DNA of 64,000 nucleotides from assembly GCF_004010195.1 (NCBI RefSeq), contig NC_057718.1, positions 9,868,872 through 9,932,871 on the forward strand, given 5' to 3'. A program made the translations under genes and the position numbers. Below, one piece after another: positions 23,707-36,609 of this stretch (positions within the stretch are counted from its first letter, which is position 1; the number at the start of each line of letters is the position of its first letter). The notes beneath the pieces are model-generated. The model was not told where the DNA came from, ran no database searches, and worked only from the letters and a program-made list of their open reading frames with translations. This DNA is from Chiloscyllium plagiosum. Lineage: Eukaryota.

Positions 23707-24760
23707 GTAGCACAGTGGTAGATGAGCAACCTTCAGAGTTTTAAAAAAAAAGATCCAATGACATGAATTCAAATCCAACCATCACAACTGCAATACATTA
23801 AGTTACACAAAATAAATCTGAACCAAGCTAATGCTGGGCATGAAACAGCTTGTTTAAAAAATCCATCTGGTTCATAAATATCTTTTTCGAGAAGTAATCC
23901 TTCATCCCTACCCGTTGCTGAACAAAGAGACCTTGGAGTGCAGGTTTATGGTTCCTTGAAGTGGAGTCACAGGTAGATAGGATAGTAAAAAAGGCATTTG
24001 GTATGCTTGCCTTTATTGGTCAGTGCATTGAGTATGGGAGTTGGGAGGTCATGTTAGGCGAATACTGCATGTAACTCTGGTCTCCCTGCTTCAGGAAGGA
24101 TGTTGTGAAACCTCAAAGGGTTCAGAAAAGATTTACAAAGGTATTGTCAGGGTTAGAGGGTTTGAGTTATAGGGCGAGGCAGAATAGACTGGAGCTATTT
24201 TCTTTGGAGCCTAGGAGGTTGAGGGATAGCCTTATACAGGTTTATAAAATCATGAAGGGAATGGTTAGGGTAAATATACAAGGTTTTTCCCCAGGATAGC
24301 GGAGTCCAAAGCTAGAGGGCATAGGTTTAAGGTGAAAGGGGAAAGATTTAAAAGGGACCTAAGCGGCAACTTTCTCACGTGGAGGGTGGTGTGTGTATGG
24401 AATGAGCTGCCAGAGGAAGTGGTGGAGGCTAGAACAGTTAGAACATTTAAAAGGCATTTGGATGGGTACATGAATAGGAAGGGTTTAGAGGGATATAGAC
24501 CAAATTCTGACAAATGGAAGCAAATTTATTTAGGATATCTGGTTGACTTGGATGACTTGGACCGAAGGGTCTGTTTCTGTGCGTTATATCTTTTTGACTC
24601 TGTCGTCTGGGCCTGTGATTCATGACCCACAGCAAATAGTTGACTCTTATCAGTCCCCTGAAATGGTCAAGCAAGTTAATCAGCTGTAAATAAGGTGGCT
24701 CACACCACATAACAGTTTGGAATGGCAAGAAATGCTAGCTTTTTTTCAGTGAATAAACAA
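23707..24760 (+). mobile_element. Older bipartite SINE relative, interrupted by CR1
   Basis: atccatctggttcataaat..(CR1 23915-24602)..gacccacagcaaatagttgactctta..ctgaaatgg. Confidence 0.6.
23915..24602 (+). mobile_element. CR1 (HER1-type) 3' fragment
   Basis: RVQKRFTK..LFSLE.RRLR; GNFLTWRVVCVWNELPEEVVEA. Confidence 0.95.
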
Positions 24761-26799
24761 AACCATTGAACAGTAGATCATTTAATATGCCTTCCTCATA
24801 AGTGGACAATTGGGCAAGGGGACACAAGGGAAGATGAGGGAGGTGTCATGGAGCTGACCAATCATCCAATCGGTCTTGTCCTCCCAGAGAGGGACCATAT
24901 TGTAGAGTTTTATTCAAAACCAGCAAGCCTTTATGACTGAGTATCAGACTGCCATTGTATTTTTTTAGCTGACTGGCTAGTTGGGAGCCCAAGGCTGCAT
25001 TTTTGAGCCCTTGTCTCTCTCGTTCAGGGATCACTGCTAATGTGTTATGCTGTTCACCTACTCCTGGCCCCTGGTGACAGAAGCGCAGGCACCGCTCACA
25101 TTTATCTGCTTTACTTTTCCAACAGCTTTGTCTCCTTGACACATGAGAGCAGAAATTGATGGTCTTCTCCTCCTGGTGTTTGTTCTCAAGTATCATGTGA
25201 CTGATGCCTTGCTGCTCGCATTAAAATTAATTGTGCTAAGTGTTGAATTGATAAAATGTATAATCTTCAGTGTGGAATCTGGCATAGTGCTGTCTGGGGT
25301 CATAAGGGTCACAAATTCCAACAAGTTGAAATAGCTGGGATGTGCAGCTCTTTCAGTTAGTTAATTTAAATCTCCTTTGCTTATAGTTTGTCTCACTCAC
25401 CCCTGTTGTTTCCCTGAAGTTGATGATTCATGCTAGGCCTATTTTACCCCTGCTTTTGGCAGTCCTCCAGATCTTGGGACCTAGAGTGTGATTTGTTCAT
25501 AAATCAGTCTGCACAGCAGTTGTCGCGTTAGCTCCCATTTGAATGTGGTGGAGGAACTAACATACATAGAGCCTTTGACCATTGTGTTCATACACAAGAC
25601 TTTCTAGCAGGAAGCATTCACAGGAGTGCGAATACTGGTTCAAGTTCTCATAAGACCACAAGGTGACCGTAATAACAGCAGAAGTAAGCCATTCAGTCCA
25701 ACAAGTCTGCTGCGCTGTTCAATGAGAATGTGGCTGACCTGACAATCCTCAACAACCTTCCTGTCATTCCCCTACAGCCCTTGATCCCCTTACTGCTTAA
25801 AAATGTGTTGAGCTAAGTCAAAGTTCATCCCCAGTCTGATGTCTGTTACTGTCCGCTGCAAGTCTACACTCATTGATGTCGGTTCTGGCCCGGTGTAGAT
25901 TGAACCAGCAACAGGGAAAGGAGAAAACCAGCAGGCAATGTCATCTTCTGCTTATCCTCACTGCTAGGGCACATCACAGCTTCCACTCTGAACTCAGTTC
26001 TCAGTCCAGTTTGTTGTCAGTAGTGCAGCCTAAGTTTGATCCACGGAAGGGTTCTTCAGCTTGGGTCATGTGTGTGAGCTTGCCCTCTTAGAGCATGTTG
26101 CCATCGATGACGTGAGTTATCACTTGGCTTACTTGCATTTGTTGCTAGTCTTCCATGTGTCATACTGCTGTTAGTGCCAGGCCCTGGATTAAATACGTCG
26201 TCCACCTGTACTCAGTCACTAAGAGGAAATAAGTGGCATTTATATAGGGCCTTGCCTTGATCACTGAAGTCATTTTGTCAAATAAATAGATTTAAAATAT
26301 AGTTGTTGTAAAGTAAGGAAAATGAGTTGGTGCTAGAGCAGGTTATTGGTCAGTTTTCTGCTCTTCTAAGAGGTCAGTTCAGGCACAGTAAAGTCCTACA
26401 AATAGTCATACAGAACTGACTCAACTTGTAGATTCTGTTGTTTTTTAATCAGCCTGTTCAGAGGTATTACCCCACACCTCTGGAACAGGTGGGACTTAAA
26501 CCCGGGCCTTCTGGCTCTCAGGTCAGATCATTGCCACTGTGCCACAAGATCTATTTTTTAAAAAAATAATTCAATTTACTTAATACTGTAAAGAAGCAGC
26601 CAGCTTCCCTTGGGCCCTGGTGGCTGGATGCATTGTGTTGCAGGAATTAAGTTGCCAAGTTTAAAGTTTGGTTTATGGTGAGCTAATAGATTTCACTGGG
26701 GCACTGCAATGGAAAGAACTAGGTGGTTGCCTTCGTAGTTCCAGCAGTTTTCAGCACCGAAGGTTGGAAATCTGCAAGCAGCCAGGATTAGAGGAGCCC

Positions 26800-27345
26800 A
26801 CCTGTGTTCAGTTCTGGTCTCCCTGCTCTAGGAAAGATGTTGTGAAACTTGAAAGTATTCAGAAAAGATTTGCTAAGATCTTGCCAGGGTTGAAGGGTTT
26901 GAGCTATAGGGAGAGGCTGAATAGGATGGGGCTATATTCCCTGGAGCATTGGAGGCTGAGGGGTGACTTTATAGAAGTTTATAAAACCATGAAGGGGTTG
27001 GATAGGATGAATAGTCAAGGTTTTTTCACCAGGAAAGGGGATGTCCAAAGCTAGAGGGCATAGGTTTACAGTTAGAGGGGAAGGATTTTAAAAGGGACCC
27101 AAGGGGCAACTTCTTTAACACAGGGCAGAGCATGCTCTGACATATGAACTGTCAGTGAAAGTGGTGGAGACTATTACAATACAACATTTAAAAGGAATCT
27201 GGATGGATAAGTGAATAGGAAGGCTTTAGAGGATATTGGCCAAATTCTGGCAAATAGGATTAGATTTATTTACGATATCTGGTCGGCTTGGACAAGTTGG
27301 ACTGAAGGGTCTGTTTTTGTGCTGTACAGCTATATGACTCTGATT
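26800..27345 (+). mobile_element. CR1 (HER1-type) 3' fragment
   Basis: CVQFWSP..LESIQKRF..LSYRERL..RLRGDFIEVYK. Confidence 0.95.
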
Positions 27346-29799
27346 CTACATTTGAGTGTTCAGGGGCTCAATGAGATTAGGAGGTGGGGAGACGGGCGAC
27401 CACAAAAAATTTTGAAAACAAAGATGAAAATTTTAAAGTCAAGCACCACTTGGGTGTTGATGTAGGTCAGTAAGCACCAGAATGGATAAACGGGTTTTAG
27501 TCATACGTTGGGTTACAGTTGGCTGAACCCAGGTTTGTGGAAGACCAGCATTGCTTGATTTAAGCAAAGACTAATCTGATTGATTGTCCCATTCTTTCCA
27601 TTCCATCTTTAGTTGATTAAAAGCGCTGAGTGCGATGGTTCGAGTACATCGACCTCTTATTGGCCTTTTCCTAAGGCTTCTAACTGAGGTCCTTCCTTTT
27701 CAAGAGTCAGGTCTCCACAGACTTCACACTTCAAAAGATGCGTGCCGGCAATTGGCTGATGTTTTTGCAAGGAAATGATAAACATTTCCTGCTGCTGCAC
27801 TCTCTCCTCAACTTCAGTGGGAGTATCAGACATCTGATCTGGGAGACTGGCAGTGAGGAGTGCAATTAAATAAGGCCGCAAATTGCTGTAACTCCCGAGG
27901 GACCAATAACAAACTATCTGCACAAGGGTTGAAAAGCTGAGCAGTAAATTTCCATCCTTCTGGGTGATTAGTTGTGCAGAATGAGTTGTTAAGGATTGCA
28001 TTTGTTTAAAAATTAAACTGGAACTTGATTAGCACTGATGGTTTTCCACTAAGGGTGTGTTTGCAGCCATTTCATTGGTGTTTAGAAGAAATCTACACCA
28101 TCAATCACTGTCTGAAATTCCCTGCCTATGTCAACAGCCACAAATTCCATTAATATAGTGCCTTTTAACCAAAAGAGTGTAATCCAACTAAAGGAAGCCT
28201 TGCTTCTTGCCACAACCACTTTAGAATCTCCAGAAAACCGTCATTTACATTCCTGAATGCCCTCCCCATGACTGACCTTCTGCCTGGCATCCCACAGGAT
28301 TTCCATCTCAATATAAAGGAGCTCATGTGGCATAGTGATTAGTCTCTGCCTGTAAGCCAGAAGCTCCGGGTTCAGGCCCCACTCTGGTACTTCACGGCGC
28401 AGGAAGGTGCATTCAGAAAGTGGCAGTGACAGGTCGTAAAAGAAGGAGAGATTCCGTCATGTGATGGAAACAATGTTGGACCCTCTGCCATCTCTATCCA
28501 TAGCTCCAGACAGCAGCACCACACGTGAAAGTGCAGGTTGCTGCAACAAGTTGAATTTCCTGAGTGATCTGTCAATCCCACCTTGTAAATTACTATCCAT
28601 ATGTATTATATTGGAATCGGTGGAAGAGAGCAAAGTTGATACCATGTGGACTGTTCACTCAAATGGCTCAATGTCTATTCTGCCAGTTTGTTATTGTCCC
28701 AACTCTCAAATGGCCAACATTCAAAGAGAGGATTTAAAAATAAAATCACACTTAAAAGCACCCTAAAGTTCTCCTCGAAGCATTTTGGCATTGGCCAAAA
28801 AATCGAATGTCAGGAGCTGCCAATCGCTGAGAATGGTAACAACCTATGCGTCCGATTGGAGCAAAATTTGTGTTCAGTGTCTTAAATGAAGCAGAGCGGC
28901 AACAGAGAACAAAATAGAAGGAAGCAAATCCTCCTCTTTGGACCCCACTATCTCGTGGGATATTCGACCCAGGTGACCAAAGATTTATAAATTGAAATTA
29001 GCCTGCTCAGCCTCATGATGACCTGCAGCAGAAAGCTGTAACCCCAACAGACATCATACTGGAGTCGAGGAACAAGAGGACTGTCGATGTAGCATTGGAA
29101 ACAAATTGAAGATGGCTCTTCGAGAGATGAGTGAAGCCTATTCTTAATAATTGCTGTAAAGAGTTCTTGATATTAAATAAACTGCACTAAGCCCAAGTAT
29201 TGGTTTTTAACTGTTACCAATACCTTCCTCTAGCCCAAATTCCTGATGTGCAAACTATGGTAACAGGCCATTTCTTTCCTTTTCACACCCCAGAACAAAG
29301 GTTTCAGAATTATGGTTCCAGTCTGTGTTGCTGATGTTTGCCCTCTTCCATTTCCCAAGGGTCTAAATTGAAATGACAATGAAGTGCTGGAGAAACTCCC
29401 CAGCTCTGGCAACATCATTGTAGAGAGAAACAGAGAAACGTTCCAAGTTCATATGACTTTGTGATGCAGAAACAAAATGGTGGTGTACGTCCAGACTATG
29501 GTTAAGTAAGTGCTGTATTTGGTTCGCTTCTGACAGGATGTTTTACCTGACAGGACAATCTTTATCATCTCCCATAGCACAAGAGGATATTGTGGTTTTG
29601 AAGAATCCAACAGACATTATATTCCTGAGGCACATAATTGTCTTGGATAAAATTAAGTTTTCTTAGCCTACAGCAACAGCAGCATGTCTCCAGTGGAGTA
29701 ACATACTTCGTGTTGTAAGATGAAGTAGGAAACCTTCAGGTCACATGCTTTGAAGTGGCTCTGATGAGGTATGCTGACCATGTGACTGGTCTGACCTCC

Positions 29800-30142
29800 T
29801 GACTGGGATTATGGCACTGTCCTATGAAGAGAGACTGGGCCAATTGGGCTTGGGGAGTCTGAATCCAGTGGGCACTATTTAAAGGTAAGGTGGATGCCGC
29901 ATAGGTCCAAGATGAGAAGTGATATTATTAAGAGGATTGTGACCGTTTGGAATTCTGTCCCAGACAGCCTTGTGGAAGCTCAGTCTTGGTGTGCATAAGG
30001 GAGAGATTGATAGATTTCTGATTGATAATGGTGTCCAGGGTTATGGATTTGGGATGGATAAAGGATCTTGAAGTGTTTGATCAGCCATAATGATAGTGAA
30101 TGGCAGAACAGGCTTAATGGGCTGAATGGCCTATTCCTATGT
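29800..30142 (+). mobile_element. Old CR1 3' fragment
   Basis: tcctatgaagagagactg..tggaattct..gatcagcca..gggctgaatggcctattcctatg. Confidence 0.75.
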
Positions 30143-30583
30143 GCCAATGAGATATGGCACAATAATACTCCTCTGTGACAAAGTTCCATTCTCTTTACCT
30201 CTTTATTTTAAGGCAACTCTTTAACTGAGCAATCGGTCACCAGATCTTATATTTCCTAATGTGGTTCAGTATCAAATTTGCCATGATTGTGTTTCGAGTC
30301 ATAGGATCATACAGCATGGAAACAGATCCTTCAGTCCAGTTGGTCCATGCTACCACATTTTCCAAACTAAACTAGTCCTAGTTGCCTGTGTGGCCCATAT
30401 CCCTCCTATCCTTTCCTACCCGCCCTCGATCTCTTTATAGCCAACTGCCGCCGCGACATTAACTGCCTCAACCTGTCCACCCCTCTTACCCACTCCAACC
30501 TCTCACCCTCACAATGTACAGCCCTCGACTCCCTCTGCTCCAACCCCAACCTCACTATCAAACTGACAGACAAGAGAGGTGCG

Positions 30584-31600
30584 GTGGTAGTTTGGCGCAC
30601 TGATCTTTACATTGCTGAGGCTAAACGCCAGCTCGCGGACACCTCCTACTGCCCCCTTGATCATGACCCCACCTCCCACCACCAAACCATCATCTCCCAG
30701 ACCATCCATAACCTCATCACCCTAGGGGATCTCCCATCCACCGCCTCCAACCTCATCGTCCCACAACCCTGCACTGCCCATTTCTACCTCCTGCCCAATA
30801 TCCACAAGCCTGACTGCCCCGGCCGACCCATTGTCTCAGCCTGCTCCTGCCCACCGGTCTCATCTCTGCATACCTGGACAGTCCTGTCCCCCTTGGTCCA
30901 AGAACTCCCCACCTACGTTCAGGACACCATCCACGCCCTCCACCTCCTCCATGATTTTCGCTTCCCCGGTCCCCAACACCTTATCTTCACCATGGACATC
31001 CAGTCCCTATACACCTCCATCCCCCATCACGAAGGCCTCAAAGCCCTTAGCTTCTTCCTTTCCCACCGACCCAACCAGTACCCTTCCACTGACACCCTCC
31101 TTCAACTGGCTGAACAGGTCCTCACTCTGAACAACTTCTCTTTCCAATCCTCCCACTTCCTCCAAACTAAAGAAGTAGCCATGGGCACTCGCATGGGCCC
31201 CAGCTATGCCTGCCTCTTCGTCAGATATGTGGAACAGTCCATCTTCCGCAGCTACACTGGCACCACCCCCTACCTTTTCCTCCGCTACATCGATGACTGT
31301 ATTGTCACTACCTTGTGCTCCCACGAGGAGGTTGAACAGTTCATCCACTTTACTAACACCTTCCACCCCGACCTCAAATTTGCCTGGACCGTCTCGGACT
31401 TCTCCCTCCCCTTCCTAGACCTCTCCATTTCTATCTCGGGCGACCGACTCAACATGGACATTCGCTATAAACCAATCGACTCCCACAGCTACCTAGACTA
31501 CACCTCCTCCCACCCTGTCCCCTGTAAAAACGCCATCCCATATTCCCAATTCCTTCGCCTCCGCCGCATCTGCTCCCAGGAGGACCAATTCCAATACTGA
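30584..31600 (+). pseudogene. PLE reverse transcriptase (disrupted; homology extends upstream and past the premature stop)
   Basis: FYLLPNIHK..GRPIVS, MDIQSLYTSI, AMGTRMGPSYA, FLRYIDD, LPFLD, YLDYTSSHP..IPYSQFLRLRRICS. In-frame TGA, then continuation in ORF 31610. Confidence 0.92.
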
Positions 31601-31791
31601 ACAACCCAGATGGCCTCCTCCTTCAAAGGCCGCAATTTCCCCTCAGACGTGGTTGACGATGCTCTCCACCGCATCTCCTCCGCTTCCTGCTCCTCTGCTT
31701 TTGAACCCCGCCCCTCCAATCACCAGCAGAACAGAACCCCACTGGTCCTCACCTACCACCCCACCAACCTCCAGATTCATCGTATCATCCT

Positions 31792-32105
31792 NNNNNNNNN
31801 NNNNNNNNNNNNNNNNNNNNNNNNNNNNNNNNNNNNNNNNNNNNNNNNNNNNNNNNNNNNNNNNNNNNNNNNNNNNNNNNNNNNNNNNNNNNNNNNNNNN
31901 NNNNNNNNNNNNNNNNNNNNNNNNNNNNNNNNNNNNNNNNNNNNNNNNNNNNNNNNNNNNNNNNNNNNNNNNNNNNNNNNNNNNNNNNNNNNNNNNNNNN
32001 NNNNNNNNNNNNNNNNNNNNNNNNNNNNNNNNNNNNNNNNNNNNNNNNNNNNNNNNNNNNNNNNNNNNNNNNNNNNNNNNNNNNNNNNNNNNNNNNNNNN
32101 NNNNN
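31792..32105. other. Assembly gap (314 N)
   Basis: Run of n. Confidence 1.
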
Positions 32106-32189
32106 CACCTTAACCTCCTTCCACCTATCGCATTCCCAACGCCCCTCTTCCCTACCTTTTATCTTAGCCTGCTTGGCACACCCTCCTCA

Positions 32190-32223
32190 TTCCTGAAGAA
32201 GGGCTTATGCCCGAAACGTCGAT
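32190..32223 (+). ncRNA. Minimal hammerhead ribozyme motif at the PLE 3' end
   Basis: CTGAAGA-a-GGGC ttat GCCC-GAAA-cg-TC. Confidence 0.65.
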
Positions 32224-33205
32224 TCTCCTGCTCCTTGGATGCTGCCTGACCTGCTGCGCTTTTCCAGCAACACATTTTTCAGCTCTGATCTCCAGCATCT
32301 GCAGCCCTCACTTACTCCTATTCATGAACTTATCCAAATGTGTTCTAAATGTTGTAATTGTACCTGCATTGACCACTTCCTCTGGCCGTTCATACCACAC
32401 ATGAATCATTCGTTGTGTAAAAAACAAAGTTGCCCCTCATATCCTTTGTAAAACTTTCTCCTCTCAACTTAAAAGTATGCCTCCTAGTTTTGAATTCTCC
32501 CACCCTAGGGAAAAAACCCTTGCTTTTCACTGTATCTACACCCTTCATGATTTATAAACCTCTATAAGGTCACCCCTCAACTTCCTCTGCTCCAGTGAGA
32601 AAAGTTCCAGCCTATTATTACTCAAAAGCTCCATTCCTGGCAACATCCTGGTAAATCTTTTCTGAACTCTCTAGCTGAAAAATATCCTTCCTATAACTGG
32701 GTGACCAGAACTGCACATAGTATTCCCGAAGAAGCCTCACCAAAGTCCTGTATGATCTCAACATGACATCGCAACTCCTATACTCGAAGGTCTGAGCAAT
32801 GAAGGCAGGCATGAGAAATCCCTTAACCATGCTGTCTATACGTGACGCAAACATCAAAGAGTTGTGTACCTGAACTCCGAGGTCTCTCTGTTCTCCAACA
32901 CTACCCAGGGCCCTACCATTAACTGTAAAGTCCTGTCCTTGTTGTTTTATCAAAATGCAATACCTTGCATTTATCCAAACTAAACTCCATCTGCCACTCC
33001 TCAACCCATTGACCCAATTGATCACGACCTCTTTGTAATCTTAGATAACCTTCTTCACTGTCGACTATATCACCAATTTTGGTGTCATCTGCTAACTTAC
33101 TAACCAAGCCTCCTGTATTCTCATTTGAATCATCTGTATAAAAGGAGCACTGCTGGTCACAGGCCCTTCACCACACCCTCTATCTCATGCGACATTTTTT
33201 ACTCT

Positions 33206-33528
33206 GTGGTGGCACGGTGGCACAGTGGTTAGCACTGCTGCCTCACAGCGCTAGACACCCGGGTTCAATTCCCGCCTCAGGCGACTCTCTGTGTGGAGTT
33301 TGCACATTCTCCCTGTGTCTGCGTGAGTTTCCTCTGGGTGTTCCGGTTTCCTCCCACAGTCCAAAAATGTGCAGGTTAGGTGAATTGTCCATGCTAAATT
33401 GCCCATAGTATTAGGTGAAGGGGTAAATGTAGGGGAATGGGCCTGGGTGGGTTGCTCTCCGGAGGGTCGGTGTGGACTTGTTGGGCTGAAGGACCTGTTT
33501 CCACACTGTAAGTAATCTAACCTAATCT
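33206..33528 (+). mobile_element. HE1 SINE, full length
   Basis: GGTGGCACAGTGGTTAGCACTGCTGCCTCACAG..GGGTTCAATTCCC..tail AATCTAACCTAATCT. Confidence 0.95.
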
Positions 33529-33627
33529 ACTTTCAAGTAGTGGTTGCTGCACTGAGCAATGAAGGCAGGTGTGAGATGTCCTTAACTACTCCTCGTGCTG
33601 TGAGCATGTACAACTGAAATCCAAGAA

Positions 33628-33830
33628 TGGAAACAGAAGCTGCTGGAAAAGCTCAGCAGGTCTGGCATTATGTGTGAAGAAAAATCAGAGTTAATGTTTC
33701 GGATCCGCTGACCCCTTCCTCACCAGACCTGAAACGTTGGCCCTGAATTTGCTTCACAGACGCTGCCAAACCTGCTGAGCTTTTCCAGCAACTTCTGGCT
33801 TTGTTTCTGATTGACGGTATCTGCGGTTCT
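33628..33830. mobile_element. Palindromic PLE 3'-end derivative (family C)
   Basis: TGCTGGAAAAGCTCAGCAGGTCTGGCA / TGCCAAACCTGCTGAGCTTTTCCAGCA around a decayed hammerhead (TTTCGGATCC..CCTTCCTCA). Confidence 0.8.
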
Positions 33831-34299
33831 TTTGGGTTTTTATTTGAAATCCAAGAATCATTGATAACAATGGCTGGGGAAAGTATGGGATTTTTTTTCA
33901 AACTTGCTCTTGGGATGTTAGCACTGCTAGCAAGGCCAGCGTGTATAGCCTATCTCTAATTACCCTTGAGAAGGGATATTATGAAGTAAGTTGATTAGTG
34001 CACCAAACTCTCTGTGGGTAGGCTGGATGCTGAATAACCTTGAAACAGCTTGAAAATTTATTTTTCTGTGTGTATCTCCCAAAATGTTACAGCCAAGGCA
34101 TTGACTAGTGATGTTATAAAGTTTGGCCCATCTCAATTTGTCTGGGTCAATGCAATGTTGCACTTGCTACACAAAAGACCTTTTTATATTCCTGATAGTC
34201 ACTGTATACAATGTGTCCTCTTGTGAAATGTGAAGAAGTTTCTCGCTTTCCTAACATACAGAATCCTAGAGTAATTGCATATTGAATGCTGCAGCACAG

Positions 34300-34672
34300 T
34301 AGAATGCCATATACGTTCTTGACAGGGTGGATGTAGAGATGATGTTTTCTCTTGTGGGAGAATCTAAAACTGAGGGTCACTATCTTAAAAATAAGATGTT
34401 GCTGATTTAAGTAAGCGATTATAAGAGAAATCTTTTCCTGCCAGGATTCGTGCATCTTTGGAAAAACTCTCCATCTCAGAAGGCAGTGGAAACACAGTCA
34501 CTGAATATTTTTAAAGTAGTGGTGGGTAGATTCTTTAATAAGTAAAAGGGTGAAAAGTTTTTGGGGGTAAGATCCGAATGTGTGGAATTGAGATTACAGT
34601 CCGATCAGCCACGATCATATTAAACAGTGAAGCAGGCACGATTCACCAAATGGTCTGTTCCTACCCCTAACT
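34300..34672 (+). mobile_element. Old CR1 3' fragment
   Basis: gacagggtggatgtagaga.gatgtt..gggtcacta..gatcagccacgatc. Confidence 0.75.
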
Positions 34673-35529
34673 CCTGTTTGCAAGCCATTTGTCCTGTCTT
34701 GTATGTGACAGCTCTTTGAAGAAACTATTCAATTATTCACTATCTTGTCCTTTCCCCAGACATGTACCAGACATTTGATTTCAAAGATTTATTCATTTGT
34801 TTTGAAAGCTGTTATAGAATCTGCTTCCAGTGCTCTACAATTCACAGCACTATATTAAAAACATACTGTCATCTCACCTCTGGTTCAACCATTGGAAATA
34901 ATTTCTCCTTATCCTTGTGCTCCTATGATTTTGAATGTTTCTATCAAATCTCCCCTAACTTTCCCAGATGTAAAGGAGATGTTTTCTTTTCTAATCTCTC
35001 CTAAAAGTGTAACCAATCCTGAAACTCTGTGATAGGTTGCTTCATTGTGGTGATTGGCTTTCAAGGATCAAAATTGGAATCTTCCTGTGCCTCAGTGCCG
35101 CACCATGTAGTCCATTGACTCACTCAATGTCGTAACTGTCGATTCCGTAGTTTCCCATTCCCCGGCTCTCGTCATAAATTCTTATGTTTCTGAGAGTGTA
35201 GATTTCATCTGTCCCTAAACCGTGTATTTGTGGGCTGCTTTTAATTGGGAAAGCATTTTGAGCAAATGTTCTGTTTGAGTGATAGATATCTGCCTATTCC
35301 CTGAGGAAAGCATGGTCTGAAAATCTGTGTGCCAGCCCTCTCAATTTGTCTTCAGATGCCATTCCAAAATTTTAAAAAGTCAATAAAAGTTCTTGTTGGC
35401 CAACAGCTGCTATTAAACCAAGAGTAGGTCATTCTTTATCTTTTGGAAGAAGGTAAGTATTCACAGATGCTATATGTAGTCACGTCTATTGTGGTTGCAT
35501 GATTCATTGCATGAAACTTCTGTTGGATC

Positions 35530-35858
35530 AGGAGTCCCTGGAGACATGGGTTTAAACCACATCACCATAGATAGCAGATTTTAAATTCAGTCAATAAATC
35601 CGATTTATGAAATCCTTCTCAATGATGGTGGTCATGACAACTATCATTGATTGTTGTAAAGCTTCATGTGGTTCACTGTTCTTCAAGGATGGAATTCTGC
35701 TGTCTTTATCTGATATAACTTGCATGTGACTGCCAGTGCAGTGGTTGATTCTGAACTGCCATCTTGAAATGGTCTGGAGCGCTACTCATTTCAAGAACAT
35801 TAGGGATGGACAACGCATGCTGGGCTAACCAGCTATAACCACATCTCATAAAAAATAT
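35530..35858 (+). mobile_element. Bipartite tRNA-headed SINE
   Basis: gggtttaaacc..tggttcactg..catgtgact..gaaatggtc..ttcaagaacattagggatggacaac..cacatctcat. Confidence 0.75.
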
Positions 35859-36484
35859 AATTGGACTTGTTTCACCGACAATCAATTATGTTTTTATCTT
35901 TGAAGAACCAGAGTACAAGAAGTTAGAAGTCATGCTTCAGCTTGTTATTCCACGCCCATCATGCTGTCTTCAGGTCTGGATTGTGCACATTAGAAATGAC
36001 CTATTGAATGCAGTAATGATTTAGTCTACGATGCCCTGAGATGCAAAGATCAAATTACTAGGAGAAATCGTACAAACCACGGCTGAAAGATTAACACAGA
36101 AAATAGATGCAGGAGTAGGCCATTCAGCCCTTCAAGCCTGTGACACCATTCAGTAGGATCATGACTGATCAAAAGTGGTGATTTGGTCAAAGTTTTTGAG
36201 ATATGAAGGCAAGTGGATAGCACGGATGGAGAGCAACTATTTCTGCAGGTTGGGGAATCCTTAGTATTATAGCCTAGTTTCTCCCGAGTAACATTGAGGA
36301 ACAATTTTAATTCAAAGGATAGTATAAGTTTGGAATTCTCTCCCTCGAAAAGCAGTTGATGCCAAATGGTCACCGACTGTAATTGTGTATATTCCTGGAC
36401 ATTCATCACATGATCTCCCACCTTCAACTGTTCTTCCCTCCGGCTCTGCCATACATCAGTCATTGTGTCATTCATCTGGGAGCA

Positions 36485-36609
36485 AAGGAGAAAGTGAGGA
36501 CTGCAGATGCTGGAGATCAGAGCTTAAAAATGTGTTGCTGGAAAAGCGCAGCAGGTCCGGCAGCATCAAAGGAACAGGAGAATCGACGTTTTGGCATAAG
36601 CCCTTCAGG
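36485..36609 (-). mobile_element. Single-arm PLE family A 3' end
   Basis: AGGAGAAAGTGAGGACTGCAGATGCTGGAG..GCATAAGCCCTTCAGG; stops at the hammerhead. Confidence 0.85.

Larger units (their letters stand above)
30410..32318 (+). mobile_element. 5'-truncated Penelope-like element (RT, gap, 3' end with hammerhead)
   Basis: RT ORF followed by a 314-N gap and the family A tail (CTGAAGAAGGGCTTATGCCCGAAACGTC at 32193-32220). Confidence 0.85.
30296..33165 (-). mobile_element. CR1 LINE (RT to 3' end), interrupted by a PLE
   Basis: Tail at 30296-30409; resumes 32319-33165 with SKLADDTKIG..WQMEFSLDKCKVLHF and VQFWSP. Confidence 0.9.

Noticed and set aside
24846..25334. Overlapping ORFs with a faint endonuclease-like EDYTFY word
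   Set aside because: Too little similarity and multiple stops.
31610..32249. Long ORFs containing X runs
   Set aside because: Produced by the N gap.
33206..33285. tRNA-like A/B boxes
   Set aside because: SINE heads, not tRNA genes.
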